Notes: generated by a model from the letters alone, not told the origin. A stretch of 64,000 nucleotides of DNA from an uncultured Gemmatimonadales bacterium (GCA_963730185.1 CAVSQW010000007.1:576001-640000); one strand, 5' to 3'; positions 48,938 to 59,825 are shown, counted from the stretch's first letter. Translations and numbers: made by a program.

Positions 48938-51570
48938 CGGATCGGATCGCCGCGGCCCTCGCCGACCGCTACCGCCTCGAGCGCGAGCTGGGGCAGGGCG
49001 GGATGGCCACGGTCTACCTGGCCGAGGACTTGAAGCACGACCGCAAGGTCGCGATCAAGGTCCTGAAGCCGGAGCTGGCGGCGGTGCTCGGTGCCGACCG
49101 GTTCGTGCAGGAGATCAAGACCACCGCGGCACTCTCCCACCCGCACATCCTCCCGCTCTTCGACAGCGGCGAGGCCGGGGGCTTCCTCTATTACGTCATG
49201 CCCTACATCGAGGGCGAGACGATCCGGGACCGGCTCAACCGGGAGACCCAGCTCGGCGTGGAGGAGGCGGTTCGAATCACGGTCGAGGTGGCCGACGCCC
49301 TGGATTACGCCCACCGGCACGGGGTGATCCACCGGGACATCAAGCCCGAGAACATCCTGCTGCACGACGGCCGGGCGATGGTGATGGACTTCGGGATCGC
49401 GCTGGCGGTGAGCGCGGCCGCCGGCGGGCGGATGACGGAGACAGGGCTCTCGTTGGGCACCCCTCACTACATGAGCCCCGAGCAGGCCACGGCGGACAAG
49501 GACCTCACCAATCGGTCCGACCTCTACTCGCTGGGCTCGGTGCTCTACGAGATGCTGACCGGTGATCCGCCGCACACGGCCTCCTCGGCCCAGGCGATCA
49601 TCATGAAGATCGTGACCGAGGACGCGGCGCCGGTCACCCGGCTTCGGAAGAACGTCCCGTCCAACGTGGCGGCGGCCGTGGCCCGGTCGCTCGAGCGGCT
49701 CCCGGCCGATCGGTTCGAGACCGCGAAGGCCTTCGCCGAGGCGCTCACCAATCCCGGGTTCACGGCGAGGGTCGGCGGCACGCTGGGGCTCTCCCCGGGC
49801 GCGGCGCCTCGCCGGTCCTTCCTGGTCGCGAGCCTCGTCGTCGCGGTGCTGCTGCTGGGCGGGTTGGCCGCCTGGGGCTGGCTCCGGCCCGAGCCTCGAG
49901 CGCCGGTGGCGCGGTTTCTGGTCTCGGTGCCCGACAGTCAGCCGTTGGCGCGCGGTCCGTACGCGGGGCTACAGATCACCGCCGACGGCCGCCGGCTGGG
50001 TTATCTCGGGGTCGGAGCCGACGGGGTGGTCCGGGTGTTCGTCCGCGACTTCGCCGCCTTCGATGCGCTCCCGGTCACCGGATCGGAGCGCGCCGATGGC
50101 TTCGCGTTCTCGCCGGATGGCAAGGAGATGATGGTGCTGGCCGATGGACAATTGCGGCGCACGGGCTGGTCGGGCGCGGCGCCGCGAACCATCGGTGATT
50201 CGGCGCTGGCCGGCGGCATCGTCTGGGGGGACGATGGCTTCGTTTATTTCACCGACCTGGCGGGGAACCTGGTCCGGAGGGCGGCCGCCGGCGGCCCCGT
50301 CGAGCGAATGGCCGAGACGTCCGGAAGGGAGCTGCGCGCCTGGCTCGACGTGTTTCCCGGGGGCCGCGCGGGACTCGTCCTCGAGACCCCGCCGGCGGTA
50401 ACCGGCCGCGAACCCACGGTAGCGATCCTCGACTTCTCGACCGGGACGACGCGGCCACTCGTCCGCGGGGCAAAGGCGGTATACCGGGCCGGGCTGGTCG
50501 TCTTCGGGCGCAGCGACGGAACGCTCTGGGCCGGACCATTTGACCTGCACCGGCTCGCGTTCCTCCGGGAGCCGATCCAGGTGGGCCGAGCGGGGGTCAG
50601 GGTGGCGCACGTGAGGGACTTGTTGTTCGCCGTCTCCGGCACCGGGACCCTGATCTATCTCCTGCCGTCGCCTCACGGCATGTCGCCGGTCCGGCTCGGG
50701 CGCGACGGCCGCCAGGTACCGTATCCGTTCACGGCTCCGTTCTCGCTCGGCCCCAGGCTGTCGCCGGAAGGGCGGCGGCTGGCGGCCACGTTGTCCGATG
50801 GGCCCGCCTCCGACGTCTACGTGGTCGACCTGCCCACCGGCAGCACCACCCGGCTGACCTTCGACCGCGCCAGCGGGTACCCGGAGTGGTCGCCGGACGG
50901 TCGTCGGGTCGGGTACTACAGCCTCGCCGACAGCACCTATCGGCTGCTCTGGCGAGTTGCCGACGCGTCGGCGCCGGCCGAGCAGCTGATCCGGGGCCCA
51001 TGGCGGCCGATCGAGGTCGCCTTCCTGCCGGGCGGGCGCGCCTTCATCACCCGCGAGGGCGATCGATCGACCACGGACAACGCCGACCTGATCCGCTACG
51101 ACCGGGCGGGGGACAGCCTGACCCGCACCCCGCTGACCCGCACGCCGGCCAACGAGCGGAGCCCGATGATCTCGCCGGACGGGAGGTACGTCGCCTATGT
51201 CTCGGACGAAGGCGGCAGCGACCAGATCTACGTTCGGGAGACCCGACCCTCCGACGAGGTCTGGCGGGTGTCCCCGGACGGCGGCCGGGAGCCGCTCTGG
51301 GGCCGGAGCGGTCGTGAGCTGTTCTACCGGGGCCGGGGCCAGCTGATCCGCGTCGGAGTTCGGACCAGCCCGAGCTTCGCGGTGACCGAGCCGGCCCGGG
51401 AGCTGTTCCCGGCCGGCGCGTTCCTGGAGAACTTGAATCACACCGCCTACGGGATCCTCCCCGGTGACACCGCCTTCGTGTTTGTCAGAGCGGCCCCGTC
51501 GGACGATCGGGTCGCGGTGGTGTTGAACTGGACGGCCGAGGTGAAGGCGCAATTGGCGGGCAAGCGTTAG
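48934..51570 (+). CDS. Receptor-like Ser/Thr kinase K13: kinase-TM-PD40 beta-propeller
   Basis: ATGA overlap with K12; intact kinase; TM LLLGGLAAWGWLRP; terminal VVLNWTAEVK. Confidence 0.92.
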   Translation: MTDRIAAALADRYRLERELGQGGMATVYLAEDLKHDRKVAIKVLKPELAAVLGADRFVQEIKTTAALSHPHILPLFDSGEAGGFLYYVMPYIEGETIRDRLNRETQLGVEEAVRITVEVADALDYAHRHGVIHRDIKPENILLHDGRAMVMDFGIALAVSAAAGGRMTETGLSLGTPHYMSPEQATADKDLTNRSDLYSLGSVLYEMLTGDPPHTASSAQAIIMKIVTEDAAPVTRLRKNVPSNVAAAVARSLERLPADRFETAKAFAEALTNPGFTARVGGTLGLSPGAAPRRSFLVASLVVAVLLLGGLAAWGWLRPEPRAPVARFLVSVPDSQPLARGPYAGLQITADGRRLGYLGVGADGVVRVFVRDFAAFDALPVTGSERADGFAFSPDGKEMMVLADGQLRRTGWSGAAPRTIGDSALAGGIVWGDDGFVYFTDLAGNLVRRAAAGGPVERMAETSGRELRAWLDVFPGGRAGLVLETPPAVTGREPTVAILDFSTGTTRPLVRGAKAVYRAGLVVFGRSDGTLWAGPFDLHRLAFLREPIQVGRAGVRVAHVRDLLFAVSGTGTLIYLLPSPHGMSPVRLGRDGRQVPYPFTAPFSLGPRLSPEGRRLAATLSDGPASDVYVVDLPTGSTTRLTFDRASGYPEWSPDGRRVGYYSLADSTYRLLWRVADASAPAEQLIRGPWRPIEVAFLPGGRAFITREGDRSTTDNADLIRYDRAGDSLTRTPLTRTPANERSPMISPDGRYVAYVSDEGGSDQIYVRETRPSDEVWRVSPDGGREPLWGRSGRELFYRGRGQLIRVGVRTSPSFAVTEPARELFPAGAFLENLNHTAYGILPGDTAFVFVRAAPSDDRVAVVLNWTAEVKAQLAGKR

Positions 51571-51622
51571 GCCCCAGCCGAGGAGCCGAACCGGTGACGG
51601 TCACCATATCGAGGATGGAACC

Positions 51623-51944
51623 GTGACAAGCCACGCTGCTTTTCGCCCCCCGTGCCCGGGGCTTGCCCGCGCCGTAGACCCTGATCACGGTCGCCTTCCC
51701 CGCCGGCGCGATCGCTTCGCTGGTCCAGTTGGCGATTCATTCCAGCGAGGGGGATCTGACCTTCGAGCCGAAGCTCAGGACCCACCTCGGGCTGCTGGCC
51801 GGAGGGGTCGACATGGCGTATGCCGCGCCGACCGCCGCCGAGCGGGCGGTCTACGTGAAGATGGGGCAGGAGGCGCAGGCGGGTGAAGCCAGGTTGCGCG
51901 CCGTGCTGGCCAAGCTCGGCGCGCCAAAGCCGCTGACGCCGTAG
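51623..51944 (+). pseudogene. Gene remnant: decayed 5' end fused to a C-terminus resembling large BNR/VPS10-type glycosyl hydrolases
   Basis: LVQLAIHSSEGDLTFEPKLRTHLGLLAGGVDMAYAAPTAAERAVY resembles the C-terminal helical tail of that family (recognition from memory). Confidence 0.45.
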
Positions 51945-51961
51945 CCGACGGAACGCCGCCG

Positions 51962-52745
51962 ATGGCAGACCCCGCCGCCCGCCTCGCCGCCGCCCTGGCC
52001 GACCGCTACCGCCTCGAGCGCGAGCTTGGGTCCGGCGGGATGGCGACCGTCTATCTGGCGGCGGACCTGAAGCACGACCGAAAGGTCGCCATCAAGGTCT
52101 TGAAGCCGGAGCTGGCCGCCGTGCTCGGCGCCGAGCGGTTCGTGCAGGAGATCAAGACCACCGCGGCATTGTCCCACCCCCACATCCTGCCCCTCTTCGA
52201 TTCGGGTGAGGCGGCCGGATTTCTCTATTACGTCATGCCCTACATCGAGGGCGAGACCATCCGCGACCGGTCCCTCGGGCGACTTCGTCGTCTACCACGC
52301 GGTGCCGGGCGGGCGGAGCGAGCTCTGGTACCGCTCGCTCCGCGATGCCACCGTCCGGCGGATTCCCGGCACCGAGAACGGCAGCCAGCCGGTCCTCTCG
52401 CCCGACGGCACCCGGGTCGCCTTCTTCAACTCCGACGCCGATGGCCAGAACCTCCTGGTCCTGCCGGTCGAGGGAGGAACGGCCACCGCGCTGGGTCGGG
52501 TCACCGCGCCCCCGAGCCTCCAGTGGCTTCCCGATGCTTTCCGTCAACATGGTGAACCACGCCTTCGATCCGATCCGGGCGGACCCCCGGTTCGCGGCGG
52601 TCATTCGGAAGCTCAATCTCGACGTGGCCCGGTTCACGCTGCCGGACGGCGGGCGGTCCCAACAGGAGACCGGATCGCCTCGATCGCCGAGCGCCTCTCG
52701 GCCGTCCTGAGCGACCGCTCCCGGATCGAGCGTGAGTTCGGCCAG
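51962..52745 (+). pseudogene. Four-part kinase mosaic relic
   Basis: Kinase N-lobe (51962-52270), propeller blade segment (about 52271-52534), copy of the K8 3' end (52535-52658), and a new kinase start IAERLSAVLSDRSRIEREFGQ (about 52683-52745). Confidence 0.85.
52535..52658 (+). repeat. 124-bp direct repeat of 37198-37321
   Basis: Manual alignment shows a single mismatch (ccggtcggac vs ccgggcggac). Confidence 0.92.
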
Positions 52746-52913
52746 CGCCGGATCCCCTTTCCCCCCAAAGACTTCCACGAATGATTCTCGGCTGATGGTT
52801 GGGAGGGCCGGGGTGAGAGCCAGGAGATGGCTGCTCCCCAGATTGGCTCTCGCTCGAACGCCGGGCGGCGCCGCCCCCTGGCGCTCCGACCAACTCAGCC
52901 GCGGGAGTCCGCC

Positions 52914-54386
52914 ATGTCGTCCCGAATTCTGCTCGCGTTGCTTGCCACGCCTCTCCTGGTGGCCGGTCCGCTGCTCGCCCAGCGCCCGATACCGCGGCCG
53001 ACCGCCGTCGCCCCCAGGACCATGACGCTGGTCGGCGGGGCCGCGGTGACGGGCCTCAAGGGGGCGGCGACGGCGATCACCGCTACTCTGACCTGGGCGC
53101 CGGCCTCCGGGGCCAGCGCCTACAAGATCTACCGCGCACTGCCGCCCCGGGTCCCGTTCGCCGTGGTCGCGACGGTCAGTGCCCCGACGACCACGTTCAA
53201 AGACACTGGGGTTTACCCGGGCATGATCTACTCGTACCAGATCGGGGCGGTCTACGCCGGGGGTGAAGCATCCCCCTCGGCGCCGGTGTCCCTCAGCACG
53301 CTCCCGGGCGCGCCCCCGACCTGGATCAAGGGCACCGTCACCGGGGTCGGTCAGGTGTCCCTCACGTGGCCGGCGGCGTCGGACGCGGCCGCCTACGCGA
53401 TCTGGCGGGATGGGACCCCGTTGACCAACAATGTGCCGGGGACCAGCTGGACCGACACCCAGGCGCCCAGCGGCACCCACGTCTATACCGTCGGCTCGAT
53501 GTTCCAGCCGGTCGCGGGCCGGGGCCTGGTCGAGGGGCAGCTGACCAACCTGCCGAGCGCCTCGGTGGCCACGCTCTACGGGATCTACAGCCTGATCCTC
53601 GAGCGGCTCAGCGTCACCAACCAGACCAAGGACGCCCTCTTCGAGCAGGATGGAAAGGGAGACGAGGTCTACGTCACGGTCGACGTCAGCCTGCTCGACA
53701 AGGGCAAGCCGTCGGTGATTCCGACCCAGCAGCTCCGGAGCTGGACCTACGGCGACGTCGGCGCCGACCACGTCAACCGGATCCGGGCCGGCTCGGCCGA
53801 CGCCAGCAACGGCGGCATCCGGACCGGCGACGCGGTTCCCGATACCCGGATCGCCTGCCAGAGCCAGCCGCCCGATCACTACTGCCTGCCGCTCGAGATC
53901 TTCCGCGGCCAGCTGGCGCAGGACGCGCTGGCCGTGATGGTGGTGCCGACCATCTGGGAGTACGACGGCACCCAGACCATGATGCAGCAGCTCCTGGCGT
54001 ACCAGGTGAACCAGCTCCAGCAGATCGGTACCGGCGGGTTCAACCTGCCGTCGGACTCCAAGCACGTCACGACCACCCTGAGCAACGCCCTGAACTACTC
54101 GCCGCTCAACCCCACGGGTGGTCTGGCGTTCGTGACGTCGATGGGCGACGGTCAGGCGGATCGGCCGATCGGCCTCCAGAAGACCGCCAGCGGTTCCCAC
54201 ACTTACGACTCGCAGGTGATCAGCCTGACCTACCAACTGGCCGACGCGCTGCTCTCGAATACGGCACAGATCGGCGGGCTCTACCCCGGTGAGTTCACCA
54301 TCACCTACCGGGATGGTCCGGACTACGAAGGCCTCTACGTGGCCACCTTCTTGGTCAGGCGGTGCGCCAGCATGACGTCCTGCTGA
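52914..54386 (+). CDS. Secreted fibronectin type III domain protein
   Basis: Signal peptide ending LLAQ; two FN3-like repeats (LTWAPASGASAYKIYR...YSYQIGAV; LTWPAASDAAAYAIWRDG); C-terminal domain not recognised. Confidence 0.78.
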   Translation: MSSRILLALLATPLLVAGPLLAQRPIPRPTAVAPRTMTLVGGAAVTGLKGAATAITATLTWAPASGASAYKIYRALPPRVPFAVVATVSAPTTTFKDTGVYPGMIYSYQIGAVYAGGEASPSAPVSLSTLPGAPPTWIKGTVTGVGQVSLTWPAASDAAAYAIWRDGTPLTNNVPGTSWTDTQAPSGTHVYTVGSMFQPVAGRGLVEGQLTNLPSASVATLYGIYSLILERLSVTNQTKDALFEQDGKGDEVYVTVDVSLLDKGKPSVIPTQQLRSWTYGDVGADHVNRIRAGSADASNGGIRTGDAVPDTRIACQSQPPDHYCLPLEIFRGQLAQDALAVMVVPTIWEYDGTQTMMQQLLAYQVNQLQQIGTGGFNLPSDSKHVTTTLSNALNYSPLNPTGGLAFVTSMGDGQADRPIGLQKTASGSHTYDSQVISLTYQLADALLSNTAQIGGLYPGEFTITYRDGPDYEGLYVATFLVRRCASMTSC

Positions 54387-54410
54387 GGAGGGCCCGGCGC
54401 CGGTCTCGGA

Positions 54411-54606
54411 GTATCGCGTAACTCGATTGGAGGACTATATTTGGTGACCGCAGGCCAGTAGCTTGTCGCGCCCGTAACTACCGGTTCCGAACTATCCCCT
54501 GACCGCGCTCGACCGGGGTCGGTCCAGCCGGCCCCGGTCGACGACGCTGGCGCCAGGGTTCGATGACGGGACGTTTTCTCAATCAGCGGCCGACCCCGGC
54601 GTCGCG
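54411..54606 (+). promoter_or_regulatory. Conserved promoter plus structured 5' leader, copy 2 (upstream of a kinase relic)
   Basis: Diverged copy of 43452-43650; stem substitutions retain pairing through G-U. Confidence 0.55.
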
Positions 54607-54922
54607 GTGACGGGCAGCCCGACTCACGTCCGCCCTCGCCGATCGCTATCGGATCGAGCGCGAGCTGGGCGCGGGCGGGGTGGCCACCGTCTCCCTGGCC
54701 GAGGACCTGAAGCACGACCGCAAGGTCGCCATCAAAGTCCTCAAGCCGGAGCTCGCCGCCGTGCTGGGTGCCGAGCGGTTCGTGCAGGAGATCAAGACCA
54801 CCGCCGCGCTGAGTCACCCGCACATTCTGCCCCTCTTCGGACTCGGGGGAGGCCGCCGGGTTCCTTACTACGACGGGCGGGCGATGGTGATGGACTTCGG
54901 GATCGCGCTGGCGAGGTCGTAG
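54607..54922 (+). pseudogene. Kinase relic related to the K11 5' end, with internal deletion
   Basis: Shares gtcgcggtgacgg...cccgactcacgtccgc with K11; jumps from the FLY region to DGRAMVMDFGIALA. Confidence 0.85.
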
Positions 54923-55135
54923 GATCCCGCGCCGGTATAGAACGGGGCGCGCCGGCTCAGCGCCAGGTGCACTGAGGGCAAAGATTACTTTTGATGCCGG
55001 CTCAACCAAGGAGCACGCCCTTGGCTGCTGATCCGGCCATCCGCCTCCGATAGGCATTGGACGCCGCCGGACACCGGCCTCGGGTGCATATTAGGCACAC
55101 CGACCCTCTTCGACTCCGGACCCGAGGATCACGCC

Positions 55136-55942
55136 ATGTCCGCATCCCCGGCGGTTCTTTCCGAGCAGCCCCTGGTGCGTTCCGCCCGCGAGGGCGGCGT
55201 CGTCACCCTTACCCTGAACCGAGGTAACCGGTTCAATCCGCTCTCGGCGGCCATGATCGCCGCGCTGCAGGCCGAGCTCGACCGGGTGGCGGCCGACGAA
55301 GCCACGAGGGTGGTCATCCTGGCCGCGGAGGGCAGGGGATTCTCCGCGGGGCACGACCTCAAGGAGATGCTGGCCCACACCGACGACGAGGGCTGGCAGC
55401 GGGCGCTGTTCGACGAATGCAACCGAATGATGCTCACGCTCACCCGGATGCCGCAGCCGGTGATCGCGCGGGTGCACGGCATCGCCACGGCGGCCGGCTG
55501 CCAGCTGGTGTCGATGTGCGACCTGGCCGTCGCCGCCGACACCGCCAAGTTCGCCCTGCCGGGCGTGAACATCGGCGTCTTCTGCTCCACCCCGGCGGTC
55601 GGGGTGGCGCGCAACGTGGGACGGAAGCGGGCCATGGAGATGCTGCTCACCGGCCAGCTGTTCGACGCCGCCACCGCCCTGGCCTGGGGGCTGGTGAATC
55701 GGGTCGTGCCTTCGGACCAGCTCGACCAGGCGATTCGCCACTACACCGACATCGTCACGGCCCGGAGCCCGCTCGCGATCCGGATGGGGAAGCAAACGTT
55801 CTACCGGCAGATCGACCGCCCCCTCGCCGACGCCTACGACGAGGCGGGCGAGACCATGGCGTGCAACCTCGTGGCGGAGGACGCCGCCGAGGGGATGAGC
55901 GCCTTCCTGAACAAGCGGGCAGCGGTCTGGCGTGGCAGGTAG
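55136..55942 (+). CDS. Enoyl-CoA hydratase/isomerase family protein
   Basis: FSAGHDLKE, PQPVIARVHGIATAAGCQLV, FALPGVNIGVFCSTP, DAAEGMSAFLNKR. Confidence 0.92.
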   Translation: MSASPAVLSEQPLVRSAREGGVVTLTLNRGNRFNPLSAAMIAALQAELDRVAADEATRVVILAAEGRGFSAGHDLKEMLAHTDDEGWQRALFDECNRMMLTLTRMPQPVIARVHGIATAAGCQLVSMCDLAVAADTAKFALPGVNIGVFCSTPAVGVARNVGRKRAMEMLLTGQLFDAATALAWGLVNRVVPSDQLDQAIRHYTDIVTARSPLAIRMGKQTFYRQIDRPLADAYDEAGETMACNLVAEDAAEGMSAFLNKRAAVWRGR

Positions 55943-55973
55943 CCTGCTTCCGCCTCGAAGCTCCGCTGGCGCG

Positions 55974-58900
55974 ATGCCGCGACAGGCGCCCGGCGGACGC
56001 ACTGTTCCGGTCGGCCCGCCGTCCGAGCGGCCGGCCGGCCTCGACGACCGCTACGTCCGCGAGGAAGGGCCCGTCTACCTGAGCGGGATGCAGGCCCTGG
56101 TGCGGCTCCCGCTGGATCAGGCCCGTCGCGACCGGCGTGCCGGGTTCCGGATCGGCACCTTCATCAGCGGCTACCCCGGATCCCCGCTCGGCGGGTACGA
56201 CCTGGCGCTGGGTCAGGCGCGCGCGCTGCTCGAGTCCCATGACATTCTGCACGTGCCGGCCGCCAACGAGGAGCTCGCGGCGACGGCGATCAGCGGGACC
56301 CAGATGCTCGACCGCTACCCCCACTCGCGGGTGGACGGAGTGGTGGCGCTTTGGTATGGGAAGGGCCCCGGCGTGGACCGGAGCGGCGACGCGCTGAAGC
56401 ACGGGAACTTCGCGGGCACCAGCCGCCACGGCGCGGTCGTGGTCCTCTCCGGCGAGGACCACGAGGCCAAGAGCTCGACCATGCCGTACCAGGACGACTA
56501 CGCCTTCGTCGGGCACGGGATGCCGATCCTCTACCCCGCGAGCACGGCCGAGTTCCTGACGCTGGGCCTGCACGCGATCGCGCTCTCCCGGTACTCGGGC
56601 TGCTGGGTCGCGCTCAAGCTGGTGAGCCAGCTCGCCGACGGCGGCGCCACGCTCGCGCTCGACCCGGGGCGGCCCGCAATCGTGCTCCCCGACCTCCAGA
56701 TCGACGGCCGCCCGTTCCAGAAGAGCACCGACTTCACCTTCTTCCCGGGCCTCAACCTGGAGACCGAGCGCCGGCTCTTCTACGAGCGGCATCGCGCGGT
56801 CGTAGCCTACGCCCGGGCCAACCGCCTGGACCGGGTGGAAGCTCGGGGCCCCCGCGACCGGATCGGGCTGGTGACGGCCGGGAAGAGCCACGCCGACCTG
56901 ATCCAGGCGCTCCGTGACCTCGGGCTCGACGCCCCGGCCCTCGCCGAGCTCGGCGTTCGGGTGCTGAGGATCGGGCTCACGTATCCCGTGGATCCTGGCG
57001 TGATTCGGGAGTTCGCCGGCGGACTGGAAGAGATCGTCGTGGTCGAGGAGAAGCGGGGATTTCTCGAGGGTCAGGTCAAGGAGGCGCTCGCCGGTCATGC
57101 GGCCGGGATCCGGGTGTTCGGCAAGGCCGACGAGCACGAGCGCCCGCTCTTCCCGATCCAGGGCGGCCTGGATGCGGACCTGGTGGCCGAGCGGTTGGGG
57201 CCGCGGCTCCTGGCGCTGGTGGCAGGCCAGCCGGCGCTCCGGGGCGGCATCGAACGTCGCCTGGCCGAGATTGCGGCCATCCGCGCCCGGAGCAGCGAGC
57301 CGCTGCCCGGTCGCACCCCCAACTACTGCTCGGGCTGCCCGCACAACGTCTCGACCCGGCTCCTCCCGGGCGAGGTCGCCTGGGGAAGCCCGGGCTGCCA
57401 CTCCTTCGCCTCGATCATCGAGCAGCCCGAGCGGCACATCGTCTCGATGACCCAGCTCGGCGGCGAGGGGGCTCCCTGGATCGGGCTGGCACCCTACACC
57501 GACCAGCCGCACCTGGTGCAGAACGTGGGCGACGGCTCGCTCTTTCACTCGAGCTACCTCAACATCCGCTTCGCGGTCGCCGCGGGGGCGAGCCTCACCT
57601 TCAAGATCCTCTACAACGGCGCGGTGGCGAACACGGGAGCCCAGTCGCCGGTCGGCGGCAAGACGGTGCCGGAGCTCACCCGGCTGCTCGAGATCGAAGG
57701 CGTGACCCGCACCGCCGTGCTGGCGACCGACCCGGCGGATTATGAAAGCGCGAACCTGGCCGGGAACGCCCGGGTGTATCCGGTGGATCGCCAGGAGGCC
57801 GTGCTCGAGGAGCTCCGACGGACGCCCGGGGTCACCGTCTTCATCTACGACGGCTTCTGCGCCAACGAGCGGCGGCGGCTCCAGAAGCGGGGCAAGGCGC
57901 CGGCGCCGAATCGGTTCGTGATCATCAACGAAGAGGTGTGCGAGGGGTGCGGCCACTGCGGCGAGCTCACCAATTGCATGTCGCTCCACCCGGTGGCCAC
58001 CGAATTCGGCCGGAAGACCCGGATCCATGCTTCTTCGTGCAATCAGGACTATTCGTGCTTGGGCGGCGACTGTCCCTCGTTCGTCACGGTGGAGACCCGG
58101 CCGGGCACCGGCTACCGGAAGCCGACCCCGCCGCCGGTCGGACCCGACCGTGTCCCCGAGCCGGCGCACCGGGTGGAGCTCGAGCGCCCCTACCACGTCT
58201 ACCTGCCGGGCGTGGGGGGCACCGGGGTCATCACGCTCAACGCGGTGCTGGCGTGGGCGGCGCTGCTCGACGGTAAGTCGGTCCTCTCCTACGATCAGCT
58301 GGGCGCCGCTCAGAAGTGGGGCCCGGTGGTCTCCAGCCTGGTGATCGCGAGGGGCGAAGCGGAGCTGGCGGCGAACCGGGTGGGACTGGGGCGGGCCGAT
58401 CTCTACCTCGGCCTCGATCTGCTGGCGGCGACGACCCAGGCCAACCTCGACCGCTGCGACCCGGACCGGACCACCGCGGTGGTCAACGCCAGCCTGCTGC
58501 CGAGCGGCGAGATGGTGCGGGAGGTCGGCTTCGAGCCGCCCCTGGAGAGGATGCGCGCGGCGATCGCCGAGGTCACCCGACGCGAAGGAAGCGTGGCGGT
58601 GGAGGCGCGGCGGTTGGCGGAGGGGCTCTTCGGCGACTACCTGGCGACCAACATGCTGGCGCTGGGGACGGCCTACCAGGCCGGTCTCCTGCCGATCGGA
58701 GCGGATGCCATCGAGCGGGCGATCCGGCTGAACGGCGTCAAGATCGAGCAGAACCTGCAGGCATTTCGGTACGGGCGTCTCTGGCTCGCCGAGCCCGACC
58801 GGGTCGAGGGGTTGGTCACGCCTCGGACCAGGGGCGCGGACGAGGTGGCCGGGGAGGCCCTGGCCCGGCTCCCAGGCCGCGACCGGGCGGCGTACGACGG

Positions 58901-59554
58901 GTTGCTGGAGCGGTGCCGCGAGCTGGATGCCGAGTCGCGCCGGCTGCTGGCGATCCGGGCGGGTGAGCTGATCGAGTATCAGAGCGCGAGCTACGCCGAA
59001 CGGTACGTCGACTTCGTGCTCGGGACGGCGGCGAGTGAGCAGGCGGCCACGCCGGGCCGCCGCGAGGTCACCGACGCGGTGATCCGCTCGCTTTACAAGC
59101 TGATGGCCTACAAGGACGAGTACGAGGTGGCGCGGCTCCAGACCAAGGCGACCTTCAGGGCCTCGGTCCGGGAGACGTTCGCGGCGCCGGAGCGGGTCGC
59201 CTATCACTTCCATCCGCCGGCCCTCCGGGCCCTCGGGCTCCGCCGGAAGCTCGAGCTGGGCCCGTGGTTCAGGCCGGTGCTGGCGGGGCTCCGGGGCCTC
59301 CGCCGGCTTCGGGGAACCTGGCTCGATCCCTTTGGCCGGGCGGTCGTTCGGAAGGAGGAGCGGGCGCTCGTTCTCTGGTACCGGGACTGGTGACGACCGC
59401 GCTCGGGCGGCTTACGCCGGCGACGGCCGGCACGGTGGTGGAGCTCGCGAGCCTGCCGGACGCGATCCGCGGGTACGAGGAGATCAAGCTCGCGAGCATC
59501 GGGCGAGCTCGGGAGCGGGCGTCGGAGCTGCTCGAGGCGTTGACGGAGCGCTGA
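55974..59554 (+). CDS. Indolepyruvate:ferredoxin oxidoreductase family protein (fused alpha/beta), frameshift near 59388
   Basis: ISGYPGSPLGG, WYGKGPGVDRSGD, YCSGCPHN, CEGCGHC, GVGGTGV, LMAYKDEYEVARL; tail LPDAIRGYEEIK lies in the shifted frame. Confidence 0.9.
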
Positions 59555-59614
59555 CCGACCGTTTTCCGGCGGCTGACGGGGAGCTCGCGAAGCCGGTCAC
59601 CCCCCTCGCGTAAC

Positions 59615-59751
59615 GCGCTTGGCGCCGAGCGGTTCGTGCAGGAGATCAAGACCACCGCTGCGCTGAGTCACCCGCACATCCTGCCGCTCTTCGATTCCGG
59701 CGAGTCCGGATCAGCGTCGAAGTGGCCGACGCGCTGGACTACGCTCAGCGG
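59615..59751 (+). pseudogene. Kinase N-lobe relic with internal deletion
   Basis: ALGAERFVQEIKTTAALSHPHILPLFDSGE | RISVEVADALDYAQR. Confidence 0.85.
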
Positions 59752-59825
59752 TTGTCGATTTTGCGGACCTTGCTTCGTCGGGGTGATGAAAGCAGCCAAT
59801 CACCACCCTGTCACGGAGCGCGGAA

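Noticed and set aside
17925..52745. Diversity-generating retroelement driving sensor variation
   Set aside because: No reverse transcriptase was seen; the 124-bp repeat differs by one T/G change rather than at adenines; K7/K8 differences are not adenine-specific
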